Assembly: GCA_028718635.1 (NCBI GenBank)
Contig: JAQULK010000001.1
Location: 543,834 to 607,833 of the forward strand
Reading direction: 5' to 3'
Length of the DNA: 64,000 nucleotides
From: Minisyncoccota bacterium
Lineage (GTDB): Bacteria; Patescibacteriota; Minisyncoccia; Phycocordibacterales; UBA9973
Shown here: one piece after another, positions 29,712 through 39,156 of the stretch
Numbering within the stretch: the stretch's first letter is position 1
Layout: every line of letters starts with the position of its first letter
Made by a program: the position numbers and the translations under genes
Notes under the pieces: generated by a model
Database searches by the model: none
What the model was told of the DNA's origin: nothing
Seen by the model: only the letters and a program-made list of their open reading frames with translations

Positions 29712-31151
29712 TCCATATCCTTCGATAAATTTGTATAAAAGTCTCACGGGCGTACCGAGAGCCCCAGCAGCCAAACTCTCTCCCGCAGTTGATGTCATTC
29801 TCGGAGCTATATCCAAATGCGCCCACTTCGGAGTTTTTTCCTCTTCTTTTGTATTTTTTACAAATTGATACAAAAAAATTGCTCCATAAATCGCTCCGCC
29901 GTAACGAGAATCCTTATTGTGAACATTTGTAAGATCCCCTATAGATCCTTTTATCTCATTTTCATATTCCTCCCACATTGGCAAACGCCAAATATAATCT
30001 CCAGTTTTTTCTGCTATTTCCTCAAGGTTTTTCACCAATGCATCATTATTAGAAAAAATAGCTGAAGCCCTCTCTCCGAGCGCCACCGCCGCAGCTCCAG
30101 TCAAAGTGGCAACATCTATTATTACCTCTCCATTATATTTTCCTGCATAAGAAAGTGCATCTGCTAAAATTACCCTACCTTCTGCATCAGTATTTAATAT
30201 TTCAATCGTTTGCCCTGACATAGAGCGAACCACGTCTCCAGGTCGATAACTTTTTCCTGATGTCATATTTTCCACAGAAGGAGTAAGCCCGACTACATTC
30301 TTTTTTAATTTCATTTTTGCAGCAAGAGCTATCGTATGTATCACTGCCGCACCGCCTGACATATCCATATTCATTCCGAGAAGCGAAGAAGAAGGTTTTA
30401 GATTTATTCCCCCAGCATCAAAAGTTACCCCTTTACCGACAAGCACAATGGGTTTCTCTTCTTTTTTGCCACCCTTATATTCCATAATAATAAATTTTGA
30501 TTCTTCGTCTGATCCTCGTCCGACAGAAAGAATCGCTCTCATGTTTTGTTTCTCCATTTCTTTCTCTCCTAGGACTGTCACTTTTACTGGCAGATTCTTC
30601 ACCGCTTCTTTTGCCTTTTGAGCCAGAATTTGCGGAGTCATGTCTCCTCCTGGAGTATTTGATAACGTTCTAGTTTTATTTACCTCTTCGGCAATAATAT
30701 TTCCTTTTAAAATTGCTTTTTGAGTTTCTTTGTTTGTTCCAAAAATAATAATCTCTTTAATAGTATTAAATCCTTCCTTGGGCGGTTTTTTATATTCATT
30801 AAATTCATAATTGGCGAAATCAAGCTGAGTACCGATTATTTCTCCCAACTCTAAATCTGAAATCTGTGCGAGGTCTTGCCTCGCACAAGTTTTGAAATCA
30901 TTAAAATTAAAAGCTATTTTTTCTACTTTTGTACTTTTCGCCAAAGCAACCATCTTGCGCACAAGCAAAAAGAGCTTCCGCAAATTCATTTTTTCCTTTT
31001 CTTCGCATTTTAAATAGAGGGTTTTTACACCATTTCCTGCCTTGCCGGCAGGCATGTCCCTAACAATTTCGTCCTTATTTTTTGGGTCAATAGAAACAAA
31101 GAGCACCTCACCTTTTATGTCTTTTGCATTGTCCTTAAAAGTTATTTTCAT
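29703..31151 (-). CDS. pepA: leucyl aminopeptidase (M17)
   Basis: VGKGVTFDAGG, DMSGGA, NTDAEGRV, DVATLTGA, HLDIA. Confidence 0.95.
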   Translation of the reverse strand: MKITFKDNAKDIKGEVLFVSIDPKNKDEIVRDMPAGKAGNGVKTLYLKCEEKEKMNLRKLFLLVRKMVALAKSTKVEKIAFNFNDFKTCARQDLAQISDLELGEIIGTQLDFANYEFNEYKKPPKEGFNTIKEIIIFGTNKETQKAILKGNIIAEEVNKTRTLSNTPGGDMTPQILAQKAKEAVKNLPVKVTVLGEKEMEKQNMRAILSVGRGSDEESKFIIMEYKGGKKEEKPIVLVGKGVTFDAGGINLKPSSSLLGMNMDMSGGAAVIHTIALAAKMKLKKNVVGLTPSVENMTSGKSYRPGDVVRSMSGQTIEILNTDAEGRVILADALSYAGKYNGEVIIDVATLTGAAAVALGERASAIFSNNDALVKNLEEIAEKTGDYIWRLPMWEEYENEIKGSIGDLTNVHNKDSRYGGAIYGAIFLYQFVKNTKEEEKTPKWAHLDIAPRMTSTAGESLAAGALGTPVRLLYKFIEGYGSR

Positions 31152-31240
31152 AATTAGATTATATACCTTTTTACAAAAATTTCAAAAAACCATATAAAAT
31201 CTAACATTTTAATAAAAAAGTTTTCCACACCCATTTAGTT

Positions 31241-31278
31241 TACTTTACTTGACTAAAGTAATTTACTTTGATAAAGTA
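31241..31278 (+). promoter_or_regulatory. promoter with tandem HisR-type operators
   Basis: TACTTTA-N6-TAAAGTA (31241-31260) and TAATTTA-N6-TAAAGTA (31259-31278) overlapping -35 TTGACT, 17 nt, -10 TAAAGT. Confidence 0.75.
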
Positions 31279-31283
31279 GCGGT

Positions 31284-31688
31284 ATGAGTAAAGGAATGAA
31301 TAAAAATACATCAATAAATACGGTTAAGCTGATTCAAGGAATTGGCCCCAAGATGAATTGGGACGATAAGAAAAACAAACAATTCATTGAGGCAATCTTG
31401 AGTTTAAAAAATACCGATGAAGCCGAACGTTTTTTACGTGACTTAATGACTGAAAGTGAAATAAAAGAATTTGCGAATCGCCTCGAGGCTGCTTCCCTTC
31501 TATCTAAAGACGTACAATACAATGCGATTATTGAAAGCACGGGTCTTTCTTCTACAACGATCGCCAGAATAGCAAAATGGCTCAAAGGTTCGCTTGGTGG
31601 ATATCGCTTAATTTTATCCCGCTTATCTAATGTTTCTTTGCACCATCACAACTCTTCCAAACTTAGGAAAGGGTTGTTTTTGAGTTGA
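31284..31688 (+). CDS. TrpR-like YerC/YecD (HisR) repressor with a C-terminal His-His-His leader-like tail
   Basis: EAILSLK..DEAERFLRDLMTESE, TGLSSTTIARIAKWL...GGY; tail SLHHHNSSKLRKGLFLS. Confidence 0.9.
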   Translation: MSKGMNKNTSINTVKLIQGIGPKMNWDDKKNKQFIEAILSLKNTDEAERFLRDLMTESEIKEFANRLEAASLLSKDVQYNAIIESTGLSSTTIARIAKWLKGSLGGYRLILSRLSNVSLHHHNSSKLRKGLFLS

Positions 31689-31752
31689 TAATTATTTCAA
31701 AGTATTTTTCGAAACTAACCCCTTCCTAAGTTTAGGAAGGGGTTTTGCATTT
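31641..31752 (+). promoter_or_regulatory. His-responsive transcription attenuator
   Basis: CAC CAT CAC, then 1:2 hairpin 31649-31676, 2:3 pairing 31659-31675 with 31717-31733 (16/17), 3:4 terminator AACCCCTTCCTAA/TTAGGAAGGGGTT plus TT. Confidence 0.8.
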
Positions 31753-31788
31753 AGCAAAACTAATTTTTGTTCTTTGAAAGGAAAAAGT

Positions 31789-31941
31789 ATGAGAAAAAAG
31801 GAAAAAGTAAAGAAAGAAAGTAAAAAAGAAAAAGAAAGGAAGGCAGCAGAGAAAAGAAAGTCAGAGGACAAAGAACTCGACAGATTGGTTGATAGTTGGG
31901 GCAAGCGTTTCTTTGGTCTTGGAGGGGCATTAATAGATTAG
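31789..31941 (+). CDS. small Lys/Glu-rich hypothetical protein (50 aa; not in the ORF track)
   Basis: SD AAAGGA; MRKKEKVKKESKKEKERKAAEKRKSEDKELDRLVDSWGKRFFGLGGALID. Confidence 0.5.
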   Translation: MRKKEKVKKESKKEKERKAAEKRKSEDKELDRLVDSWGKRFFGLGGALID

Positions 31942-31957
31942 ATAAGGAGGTTAAAAA

Positions 31958-32167
31958 ATGATAGGAAAGAAAAAAATGTACAAGAAAGAAGAATTTCACA
32001 CTTGTTACAGCACAAGTGAAGAAATGGAAAAGGCACTTAAACCTTTTCGCGATGACGGCTGTTCTGACATACGTTTTATGTCCGAGTTAATTGAAATCGA
32101 AAAAAAACGGAAGCAACGATTTTGCAAACTATGCCTAAGACAAAAGTATAAAAACAAGTTAGATTAA
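31958..32167 (+). CDS. small hypothetical protein (69 aa)
   Basis: Perfect SD AAGGAGG; followed by a terminator. Confidence 0.55.
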   Translation: MIGKKKMYKKEEFHTCYSTSEEMEKALKPFRDDGCSDIRFMSELIEIEKKRKQRFCKLCLRQKYKNKLD

Positions 32168-32191
32168 TATCGCGTCTAATCAACGCAAGAA

Positions 32192-32222
32192 ATGGGGCGA
32201 ATCGTGAAACGATTCGCCCCAT
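32192..32222. terminator. hairpin terminator between convergent units
   Basis: ATGGGGCGAATCGT-GAA-ACGATTCGCCCCAT. Confidence 0.8.
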
Positions 32223-32263
32223 AATTATTTTTATTCAATTATTTTTTTTATTTTGCTTAAAAA

Positions 32264-32869
32264 TTATTTTAATTTCAAAGTGTGTCCCATTTTGTCGCGT
32301 TTGGTGAGAAGGTAGGATTTGTTATATTTATTTGGTTTTATCTCAATCGGAATATTTTCCACAATTGTCAAGCCATTTTTTATCAGACTTTCTGATTTTT
32401 TAGGATTGTTGGTCAATAACCTTATTTTTGAAATGCCTAAATCGCGCAGAATTTCCGCGCCCACCCTGTAATCCCGTTCATCTATTTCAAAACCAAGCTT
32501 TATGTTGGCTTCGGCAGTGTCTAAGCCATTTTCTTGAAGTTTGTAAGCTCTTAATTTATTCATCAAACCGATTCCCCGGCCTTCTTGGTTCAAGTAAACA
32601 AGCGCGCCCTTGCCTTTCTTTTCAATCATCTTGATTGCTTTTTCGAGCTGATGTCCGCAATCGCATCTAAGAGAGCCGAAAATGTCTCCGGTCATGCAAG
32701 AAGAATGAATCCTCACTAAAACAGTTTCATCTTTCTTCCATTTTCCTTTTACTAAGGCTAAATGTTCTCCTCTTCCCCTGGCTAAACTATAAGCGTATAA
32801 ACTAAAATTCCCATATTTGGTGGGCAATTTTACTTCTATTTCTCTTTTTACAAAATTTTTATTTTTCAT
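32264..32869 (-). CDS. ribA: GTP cyclohydrolase II
   Basis: [37 protein letters not shown]. Confidence 0.96.
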   Translation of the reverse strand: MKNKNFVKREIEVKLPTKYGNFSLYAYSLARGRGEHLALVKGKWKKDETVLVRIHSSCMTGDIFGSLRCDCGHQLEKAIKMIEKKGKGALVYLNQEGRGIGLMNKLRAYKLQENGLDTAEANIKLGFEIDERDYRVGAEILRDLGISKIRLLTNNPKKSESLIKNGLTIVENIPIEIKPNKYNKSYLLTKRDKMGHTLKLK

Positions 32870-33312
32870 TTAAGTAAAGCAAGTTCGAGCGCAGCTAGGG
32901 CAGCTTCTCCTCCGACATGGATTCTTTGCCTTGCTTGCTTGATATTATTTACCGTCAGCACCCCAAAACCGACGGGAATATTGTCTTCAATCATAACTTT
33001 CAGAACCCCTTCTTGCGCCATTTTGCAGACGTAATCAAAATGCGGAGTATCACCTTTTATAACACAACCTAAAGCAACAAGGAAATCATATTTTTTCGAT
33101 TTTGCCATTTTATGCAAAGCAAAAGGAATTTCTACAGACCCAGCGACAGACATTTTCTCAATATTTTTATCAGCAATATTGCAATTCTTCAGCATCTGAA
33201 GCGCGTTTTGCAAAAGAGGCTCCGTGATCTCGGAATTCCATCTAGCAACCACGATGCCGACTTTTAGGTTTTTTCCGTTTAAATATTTATATTTTTTATT
33301 TTTTATATGCAT
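32866..33312 (-). CDS. ribH: 6,7-dimethyl-8-ribityllumazine synthase
   Basis: [34 protein letters not shown]; start trimmed to MHIK at 33312. Confidence 0.95.
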   Translation of the reverse strand: MHIKNKKYKYLNGKNLKVGIVVARWNSEITEPLLQNALQMLKNCNIADKNIEKMSVAGSVEIPFALHKMAKSKKYDFLVALGCVIKGDTPHFDYVCKMAQEGVLKVMIEDNIPVGFGVLTVNNIKQARQRIHVGGEAALAALELALLK

Positions 33313-33389
33313 CCCGTACGAAATTATATTAACTTTGTAAATTGACCCATCCACAACACGAAATTTTATTAAAAAGATTTCGTACGGGA
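33313..33389 (-). mobile_element. start-codon-targeted inverted-repeat element E5 (ATGCA duplicated)
   Basis: Minus strand ATGCA-TCCCGTACGAAAT...ATTTCGTACGGG-ATGCA (ribH start); supplies the last codons and stop of ribE. Confidence 0.75.
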
Positions 33390-33950
33390 TGCATATTTAG
33401 CCAGTATATCAAATTCCAAATTAACTTCATCTTCTTCTTTTTTAAATTTTAAATTTGTGTGTTTTAGGGTATACGGTAATATTTTTACAACAAATAAATC
33501 TTTGAGAACCTCGGCGACAGTCAGGCTTATGCCTTCTATCGCGATCGATCCCTTATAAACCAAAAATTTTTTGAATTTTTTATCAGAAACCTTTATATAA
33601 AATTCTTTAGAATTTCCTTCTTTTTTTATGCTGATAATTCTGCCTTTTCCATCAATATGCCCGAGCACTAGGTGCCCGTCGAGCCTGTCGGACAAACGCA
33701 TTGATTGCTCAAGATTCACAATGTCGCCTTTCTTCAAGAGTCCTAAATTTGTAAGTTTTAGTGTTTCTGGCATATATTCAAATGAAATATTTTTGTTATT
33801 TTTTTTAACAGTGGAACAAACGCCATTGATAGAAATACTTTCTCCTAATTTTATTTTTCCTAAATTATTTAAAATATCAACAAAAAGACCGCCTTGCGCA
33901 GATTTTACTCTTTTCACTTTTGAAGTTTTTTTTATTATGCCTGTGAACAT
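33369..33950 (-). CDS. ribE: riboflavin synthase
   Basis: MFTGII, SISINGVCST, GHLVLGHIDG, KGSIAIEGISLT, VNLEFD. Confidence 0.95.
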   Translation of the reverse strand: MFTGIIKKTSKVKRVKSAQGGLFVDILNNLGKIKLGESISINGVCSTVKKNNKNISFEYMPETLKLTNLGLLKKGDIVNLEQSMRLSDRLDGHLVLGHIDGKGRIISIKKEGNSKEFYIKVSDKKFKKFLVYKGSIAIEGISLTVAEVLKDLFVVKILPYTLKHTNLKFKKEEDEVNLEFDILAKYASRTKSF

Positions 33951-34309
33951 ATATTAAGATCTTTCTCTATTTGTATAATCAATTCTTTTTCTGTTTTAAA
34001 TTTTTTAAATTTTCTGATAAATTTATTCATTTCAAGAATGACTTTCTTGTCATAAGCATTTCCATTATAGCCGAGCAAATGCGCTTCTATTTTCGGCAAA
34101 CCTTTTTTATCTAATGGACCGATCACAATTCCCGCTTGATATGTCAAACATCGGGTGTTTGACATTAAACTAACTTTTCCAGCGTACACTCCAAAAACCG
34201 GTTTTTTCTCCAGCCTCATAAAATTTTTCCTGTCTAAGTTGATGGTCGGAAAACCGATCTTCCTGCCGTACTGATCCCCTTTTATTACTTTACCAGAGAT
34301 TGTGTACAT
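33935..34309 (-). CDS. monofunctional riboflavin kinase domain
   Basis: GKVIKGDQYGRKIGFPTIN, GVYAG, IEAHLL, FIRKFKKF; no FAD synthetase domain. Confidence 0.88.
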   Translation of the reverse strand: MYTISGKVIKGDQYGRKIGFPTINLDRKNFMRLEKKPVFGVYAGKVSLMSNTRCLTYQAGIVIGPLDKKGLPKIEAHLLGYNGNAYDKKVILEMNKFIRKFKKFKTEKELIIQIEKDLNICSQA

Positions 34310-34313
34310 TTAA

Positions 34314-35663
34314 TTAAAATCCTTCTTCACTTAACCTTTCATCAATGCGATTCATGTCTCGCGGAAACATAGACGCCTCGCGAATATTTTTTAGTCCTAA
34401 AAGTTGCATGGTTATACGTTCTGCACCAAAAGAGAATCCTCCTTCTGGTGGAACTCCGTATTTAAAAGCTTCAAGAAACATTCTAATTTTATTTGGATCC
34501 ATTTCCCAAAGTTTTACATGCTCCTTTAACTGTTCGTAATTATTTATTCTTCGTCCACCAGAGAGCCATTCAACTCCGCGACAAATTAGGTCCATGCCCT
34601 CGTTGTATTCTGGTTCAGCTGGGTTCGGATAAACATAAAAAGGCTTCTTGCGAGTAGGATAGCCATAAATAAAAACAAAATCAGAGCCTGTTTCTTCTTT
34701 AATTATTTCAGAAATTTCTCTTTCATCTTGCGGATTGGTGTCTTTTTCACCTCGCACATCCCGACCAAATTTTTCAAAAATTTTCTGTTGGACTTCTCTC
34801 AAAGAAAGAGATGGGGTTTTGTCTAGCATAACTGGGAGCGTAACGTTTAATAATTTTAATTGTTCACTATTTCTAACTTCAACTTGTTTTAAAATATATT
34901 TAAAAGTTTCTTCCGCCATATCGCGTACATCTGTCCATGATTCTATAAAACCCATTTCAGCATCTAGACAAACAATCTCTGTCAAATGTCTTGTAGTCGA
35001 TGAAGGTTCAGCTCTAAAAACTTTATTCACAGTAAAACATCTTTCAAAAGCTGACATCACAATTTGTTTATAAAGTTGTGGAGACTGAGATAAATAAGCT
35101 TTCTTTCCAAAATAATCAAACTGAAAGACCTCTGCCCCACCCTCAGCAGCGGCAGGAGTTATAGACGGTGCTTGAAATTCAAAAAACATATTTTTTTTCA
35201 TAAATTCTCTGAAAGAATCAATGATCGTTTCTTGAATTTTAAAAATTGCTTGGACTTTTGGCTGCCTTAATACTAATGCCCTGTTGTCCAGCTCTGTTGT
35301 AAGTTCTAAATTATATCCGTCAAGTGACATATCAAAAGGAAGTGCTTCAGCTTTTGCTAATATTTCTATACCTGTGACCTCTAGTTCCACATCGCCATTT
35401 AATACTCCCGCTTTTATATTTTTTTCCGGACGCTTGTTTACCATTCCGGTAATTTTCAAAACCCATTCGGGGCGAATTGTTTTTGCCACCTCTATCGCTT
35501 CTACATGATTCGGCAAAGTGACGCACTGCACTCGCCCAGTCATATCCCGCATATCAAAAAAAACCATTTTACCTTGATCACGTCGCACATCCACCCATCC
35601 GGCGATGACAACCTCTTTGCCAATATGATCTTTTAAATCTTTAATATAAATTCGTTCTTTCAT
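34314..35663 (-). CDS. aspS: aspartyl-tRNA synthetase, short non-discriminating/archaeal type
   Basis: OB fold, EGGAEVF, LSQSPQLYKQ, FRAEPS, GVPPEGGFSFGAER, FPRD. Confidence 0.93.
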   Translation of the reverse strand: MKERIYIKDLKDHIGKEVVIAGWVDVRRDQGKMVFFDMRDMTGRVQCVTLPNHVEAIEVAKTIRPEWVLKITGMVNKRPEKNIKAGVLNGDVELEVTGIEILAKAEALPFDMSLDGYNLELTTELDNRALVLRQPKVQAIFKIQETIIDSFREFMKKNMFFEFQAPSITPAAAEGGAEVFQFDYFGKKAYLSQSPQLYKQIVMSAFERCFTVNKVFRAEPSSTTRHLTEIVCLDAEMGFIESWTDVRDMAEETFKYILKQVEVRNSEQLKLLNVTLPVMLDKTPSLSLREVQQKIFEKFGRDVRGEKDTNPQDEREISEIIKEETGSDFVFIYGYPTRKKPFYVYPNPAEPEYNEGMDLICRGVEWLSGGRRINNYEQLKEHVKLWEMDPNKIRMFLEAFKYGVPPEGGFSFGAERITMQLLGLKNIREASMFPRDMNRIDERLSEEGF

Positions 35664-35687
35664 AAAATTATTCTAGCATAACAAATC

Positions 35688-35803
35688 AAAATAAAATAGA
35701 AAGTAACATTTTAAGGGGTTTTGAGCGCGTCGGCGCGAAAACTTCAGGATTTTTTCAGTAGAAAAAATCCGTACCGGCAAAATGTTACTTTCTATTTTAT
35801 TTT
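35688..35803 (-). repeat. structured repeat family B, copy 2 (3' of prs)
   Basis: Perfect 25-bp arms around the family B core, on the minus strand. Confidence 0.85.
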
Positions 35804-36816
35804 CCATTATGCCAAAGCTGTGTGACGGAATCACCATTATGTAAATTGTCTATGACCTGCGCAATTAATTTAGCGGTAGAGATTATTTCCAATTTTTTAA
35901 TTTTTGTTCGAGCTTCATCTGAAAGGCATGTATCCGTAAACCAAATACCGGAGAACGGCGCATTATTTAATTTTTCTATTGCCTCTCCCGAAAGCACAGC
36001 ATGAGTAGCTGTAAAATACACATCCTCGGCGCCATTTTCTTTTAAAGTCTTGAGAGCTTTGATAGCTGTACCGCAAGTGTCCGCCATGTCATCCGGCATG
36101 ATTATATTGAAACCCCTAGGATCGCCGATGACCTCCATGATTTCATTGTGGTTAGCTTTTTTAGGATCACGGAATTTATTTATAATTACGATGTTGCCTG
36201 GAATGCCAAGCTGTTGCGCGAGTAGCCTGCAGGAAGGCGCGGCTCCCAGATCGGGCGCTACAATTTTAAATTTCTTTAAATTGAATTTTTTAGAACGAAT
36301 ATGATTCAAGATAAGCGAGTCTGTATTCACATCTACTACAGGAATAGTGAGAGGATGAGCATTGTAGCTCGATGGATTGTGTAATTTTAAAACTACTATT
36401 CTATGCGCCCCTGCCATCTGAAGCCGCATAGGAATTTTTTGAGAAAGTACCGGCTCTCGGTGATTGGAAGATTTATCTTGCCTGGAATATGGCAAGCACG
36501 GCATAACCACTGTCACTCGAAAAGGCTCGCCTTGCTTTAGAGCGAGGATCAAAGATTCGCATTCATCTAAATCATAAGAAAGTTTTTCTTTATCGCCAAA
36601 GCGAGGCTGAGAAATAATGTAGACATCTCTGTCTCGGACTGATTCTGTGTGATGCACTAAAAATTCTCCATTGCTGAATATTTTATAATAAAAAGGATCT
36701 AGTTTAGTTTTTAATAATTTGGCTACTTTAAGAGAGAGATTTTGATGAGAACCGCTGGCATTTCCGTATAACTTTAAGGGATAAGGGTTTAGTTTGGGAT
36801 ATTTTTGGTTTTTCAT
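35797..36816 (-). CDS. prs: ribose-phosphate pyrophosphokinase
   Basis: FSNGE, ESVRDRDV, PYSRQD, VAPDLG, DDMADTCGT, ATHAVLSG. Confidence 0.95.
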   Translation of the reverse strand: MKNQKYPKLNPYPLKLYGNASGSHQNLSLKVAKLLKTKLDPFYYKIFSNGEFLVHHTESVRDRDVYIISQPRFGDKEKLSYDLDECESLILALKQGEPFRVTVVMPCLPYSRQDKSSNHREPVLSQKIPMRLQMAGAHRIVVLKLHNPSSYNAHPLTIPVVDVNTDSLILNHIRSKKFNLKKFKIVAPDLGAAPSCRLLAQQLGIPGNIVIINKFRDPKKANHNEIMEVIGDPRGFNIIMPDDMADTCGTAIKALKTLKENGAEDVYFTATHAVLSGEAIEKLNNAPFSGIWFTDTCLSDEARTKIKKLEIISTAKLIAQVIDNLHNGDSVTQLWHNGK

Positions 36817-36856
36817 TTGGTTAATTAATTACAAAACATAATAAAATAACTTTCTT

Positions 36857-37921
36857 TTAATGCGCATTAACCAAATAATTCCTGGCTGAAAAAAGATATT
36901 GCTCTGTGAATATTTCTTTCATTGGGACTATAGAATTTTCTTCGTAAAAAGCCAAGATTGATTTTTTGTAAATATTTTCGTCAATGCTCCTGTATGAGAG
37001 TGGAGCGCAACCTTTTGAAAGAAGAACGGCATTGCAAAGCAAGCGCGCAGTGCGTTTATTGCCGTCTTCAAATGGTTGAATATATGAGAGACCCGCCAAA
37101 AGAGTAAGAGCGCCGCTGTAAACATCTTTCATTTTATTAACTAATTCACAAAGAGATTCCAGCGCTTCCTTAATCTGATATTTATTATCGAGAGGCTTAT
37201 ATTTTGTGCCGACAATACCGACAAGACCGTTTCTTATACCGCGAGCTATTCCTAATTTTTCAATAATTATTTCATGCACTTTTTCTATAAAAACAACATT
37301 CACTCCTTTTTTTTTGAAACCCTCTATATTTTCTAAAATGAAAGAAAAAGCTCTTTTGTGATTTAAGATCATTATCGCCTCATCCTGTGAATGACCCTTG
37401 GCTGGTATGCCTTCGCGAATCAAGCGTTCGGTATCCAATAAAGTATAGGTATTGCCTTCAATTTTTGAAGACTTCCAGGATAATTCAATTATGAAACGCT
37501 CCAATTCTTTTACATGGATTGTCGGTGTTAATTTTTTTATATTTTTTTTATATTGAGCTGTGGCAGAATCAAGGATATTTTTTTCGTCATCCGAAAATAT
37601 ATCAAGTGGAAATTCTTTGAATAAGCGAAAATTAAAAAAGCCGTTTCCTATTCTTTTGTCCGGTTCTATCGTATCATACACCGAGAGGTCTACTGGAGAA
37701 AATAAAATTCCTTTAATTGTTTTTTGGTATACAGTGGAACGTCCCTTGCCCTTTCTTTTAAGATATTCAGCTTTGCTCAGATAATCCAAATCCCGCTTTA
37801 TTGTTATTAGAGAAACTTTCTGTTTTTTATCCATTAAACCCAAAACGTCAGAAGAAGAAAACTCTTCATTTAGTTTTATATTTTTTAGAATATCCAGTTG
37901 TCTATTATTCAAATAATCCAT
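36857..37921 (-). CDS. Fic family protein with N-terminal winged HTH
   Basis: SSKIEGN, QPFEDGNKRTAR. Confidence 0.9.
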   Translation of the reverse strand: MDYLNNRQLDILKNIKLNEEFSSSDVLGLMDKKQKVSLITIKRDLDYLSKAEYLKRKGKGRSTVYQKTIKGILFSPVDLSVYDTIEPDKRIGNGFFNFRLFKEFPLDIFSDDEKNILDSATAQYKKNIKKLTPTIHVKELERFIIELSWKSSKIEGNTYTLLDTERLIREGIPAKGHSQDEAIMILNHKRAFSFILENIEGFKKKGVNVVFIEKVHEIIIEKLGIARGIRNGLVGIVGTKYKPLDNKYQIKEALESLCELVNKMKDVYSGALTLLAGLSYIQPFEDGNKRTARLLCNAVLLSKGCAPLSYRSIDENIYKKSILAFYEENSIVPMKEIFTEQYLFSARNYLVNAH

Positions 37922-37955
37922 AATTTTTTAAAAAATTTATCGTATCATTTTGACT

Positions 37956-37986
37956 CCCTAATCATATCATTTTGATACGATTAGGG
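37956..37986. promoter_or_regulatory. palindrome upstream of the Fic gene (candidate autoregulatory operator)
   Basis: CCCTAATCATATCA-TTT-TGATACGATTAGGG, with a partial second copy at 37939-37953. Confidence 0.55.
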
Positions 37987-38038
37987 CAATACCCAACATT
38001 ATTTGACTTTAAAAATTATTCGTGTAATATACATATTA

Positions 38039-38116
38039 ATGAAATCAAATATGAGTTTTAACAATTATTTCTTCTTTTTTAGCTTTTGGAGCCAAGGTTC
38101 CAGAGTTCATTTCTGA
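38039..38116 (+). CDS. Phe-rich attenuator leader peptide
   Basis: MKSNMSFNNYFFFFSFWSQGSRVHF, downstream of TTGACT-16-TAATAT. Confidence 0.85.
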   Translation: MKSNMSFNNYFFFFSFWSQGSRVHF

Positions 38117-38153
38117 TATTGTTAAAATCATTCTAAAACAAACATAACAATAC

Positions 38154-38192
38154 AAGAAACGAGCCCTGGAACGGGGCTCGTTTTTCTTTTTT
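38154..38192 (+). terminator. attenuator terminator upstream of pheA
   Basis: AAACGAGCCC-TGGAACG-GGGCTCGTTT plus T-run; antiterminator partner GTTCCAGAGTTC at 38097-38108. Confidence 0.85.
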
Positions 38193-38280
38193 GTTTAAGA
38201 GAAAAAAGTAGCACATCGTCAGAAGAATAAAAACGGTTGCCCTTAGGTGACTGAAAAAACTAGAAAGGAAGGAAAAAGTC

Positions 38281-39156
38281 ATGGAAAGAATTACTTATCT
38301 TGGCCCCCAAGGAGCAACATTCTCAGAGCTAGCTTACATAGAGCTGGCCAGGTTGTTTGGAGCTCCTAGTCTTAATGTGGGAGAAATAGTTCTGGCTGGA
38401 AAAAACCAAGACGTTTTGCCTTTGGTTTTCAACCATGGTGGCTATGGAGCTATAGCGATGGAAACAGATGCTGAGGGTAGAGTTGACGGACCTGTCAACA
38501 CTTTCATTCAGCTTCTTAGAAATTGCGAAACTTCAGAGGATTGCCCGATAACAGTTATTGGGGCAATCAAAATGCCTATTTCTTTTGCCCTTATGGTTAG
38601 ACCAGGAGTGCAAAAGAAAGACATTAGGACTGTTGTCGCACACCCAAAAGCATTAGGTGCATGCAGAAACATGGTCAACTGTTTAGTCAGTGACCAAGAA
38701 AAGATCATCGAGTCGGACAGTAATGGCTTAGCCGCCGAAGATGTTGCAACTAAACAAAAATTTTCTCAGGCTGCAGCACTTGGCCCAAGAGTCGCCGCAG
38801 ACAGGTATGGACTTCAGATTTTAGAAGAAGCTTGTGAAGATAGTCCTGCGACTACCACTTTTTTTCTTTTAGGACCTAAATCTCGCCCACAAGTGATGCA
38901 GGAGGTAAATAGGTCTTTATTAGTATTTCGGGTTAAACACGAACCTGGGTCACTTGTAAAGACACTTCTACCTTTCTCGGACGCAGGATTAAACTTGCGT
39001 CAAATTCATTCACTTTATACTGGCAAAGGTCAATATGACTTCGCAGTCGAGATTGAATGTGGAAAGGACCAAGAAGAGGACTTAGTACGTGCTATGTATG
39101 GATCAATGAGACACATGATGTGTTATGTTCTTTTCGGCCCTTTCCCTGTTGTTTAA
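38281..39156 (+). CDS. pheA: prephenate dehydratase-like protein with ACT domain
   Basis: YLGPQGATFSE, HPKALGAC, HEPGSL, NLRQIHS, GPFP; the usual TRF motif reads TTF. Confidence 0.85.
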   Translation: MERITYLGPQGATFSELAYIELARLFGAPSLNVGEIVLAGKNQDVLPLVFNHGGYGAIAMETDAEGRVDGPVNTFIQLLRNCETSEDCPITVIGAIKMPISFALMVRPGVQKKDIRTVVAHPKALGACRNMVNCLVSDQEKIIESDSNGLAAEDVATKQKFSQAAALGPRVAADRYGLQILEEACEDSPATTTFFLLGPKSRPQVMQEVNRSLLVFRVKHEPGSLVKTLLPFSDAGLNLRQIHSLYTGKGQYDFAVEIECGKDQEEDLVRAMYGSMRHMMCYVLFGPFPVV

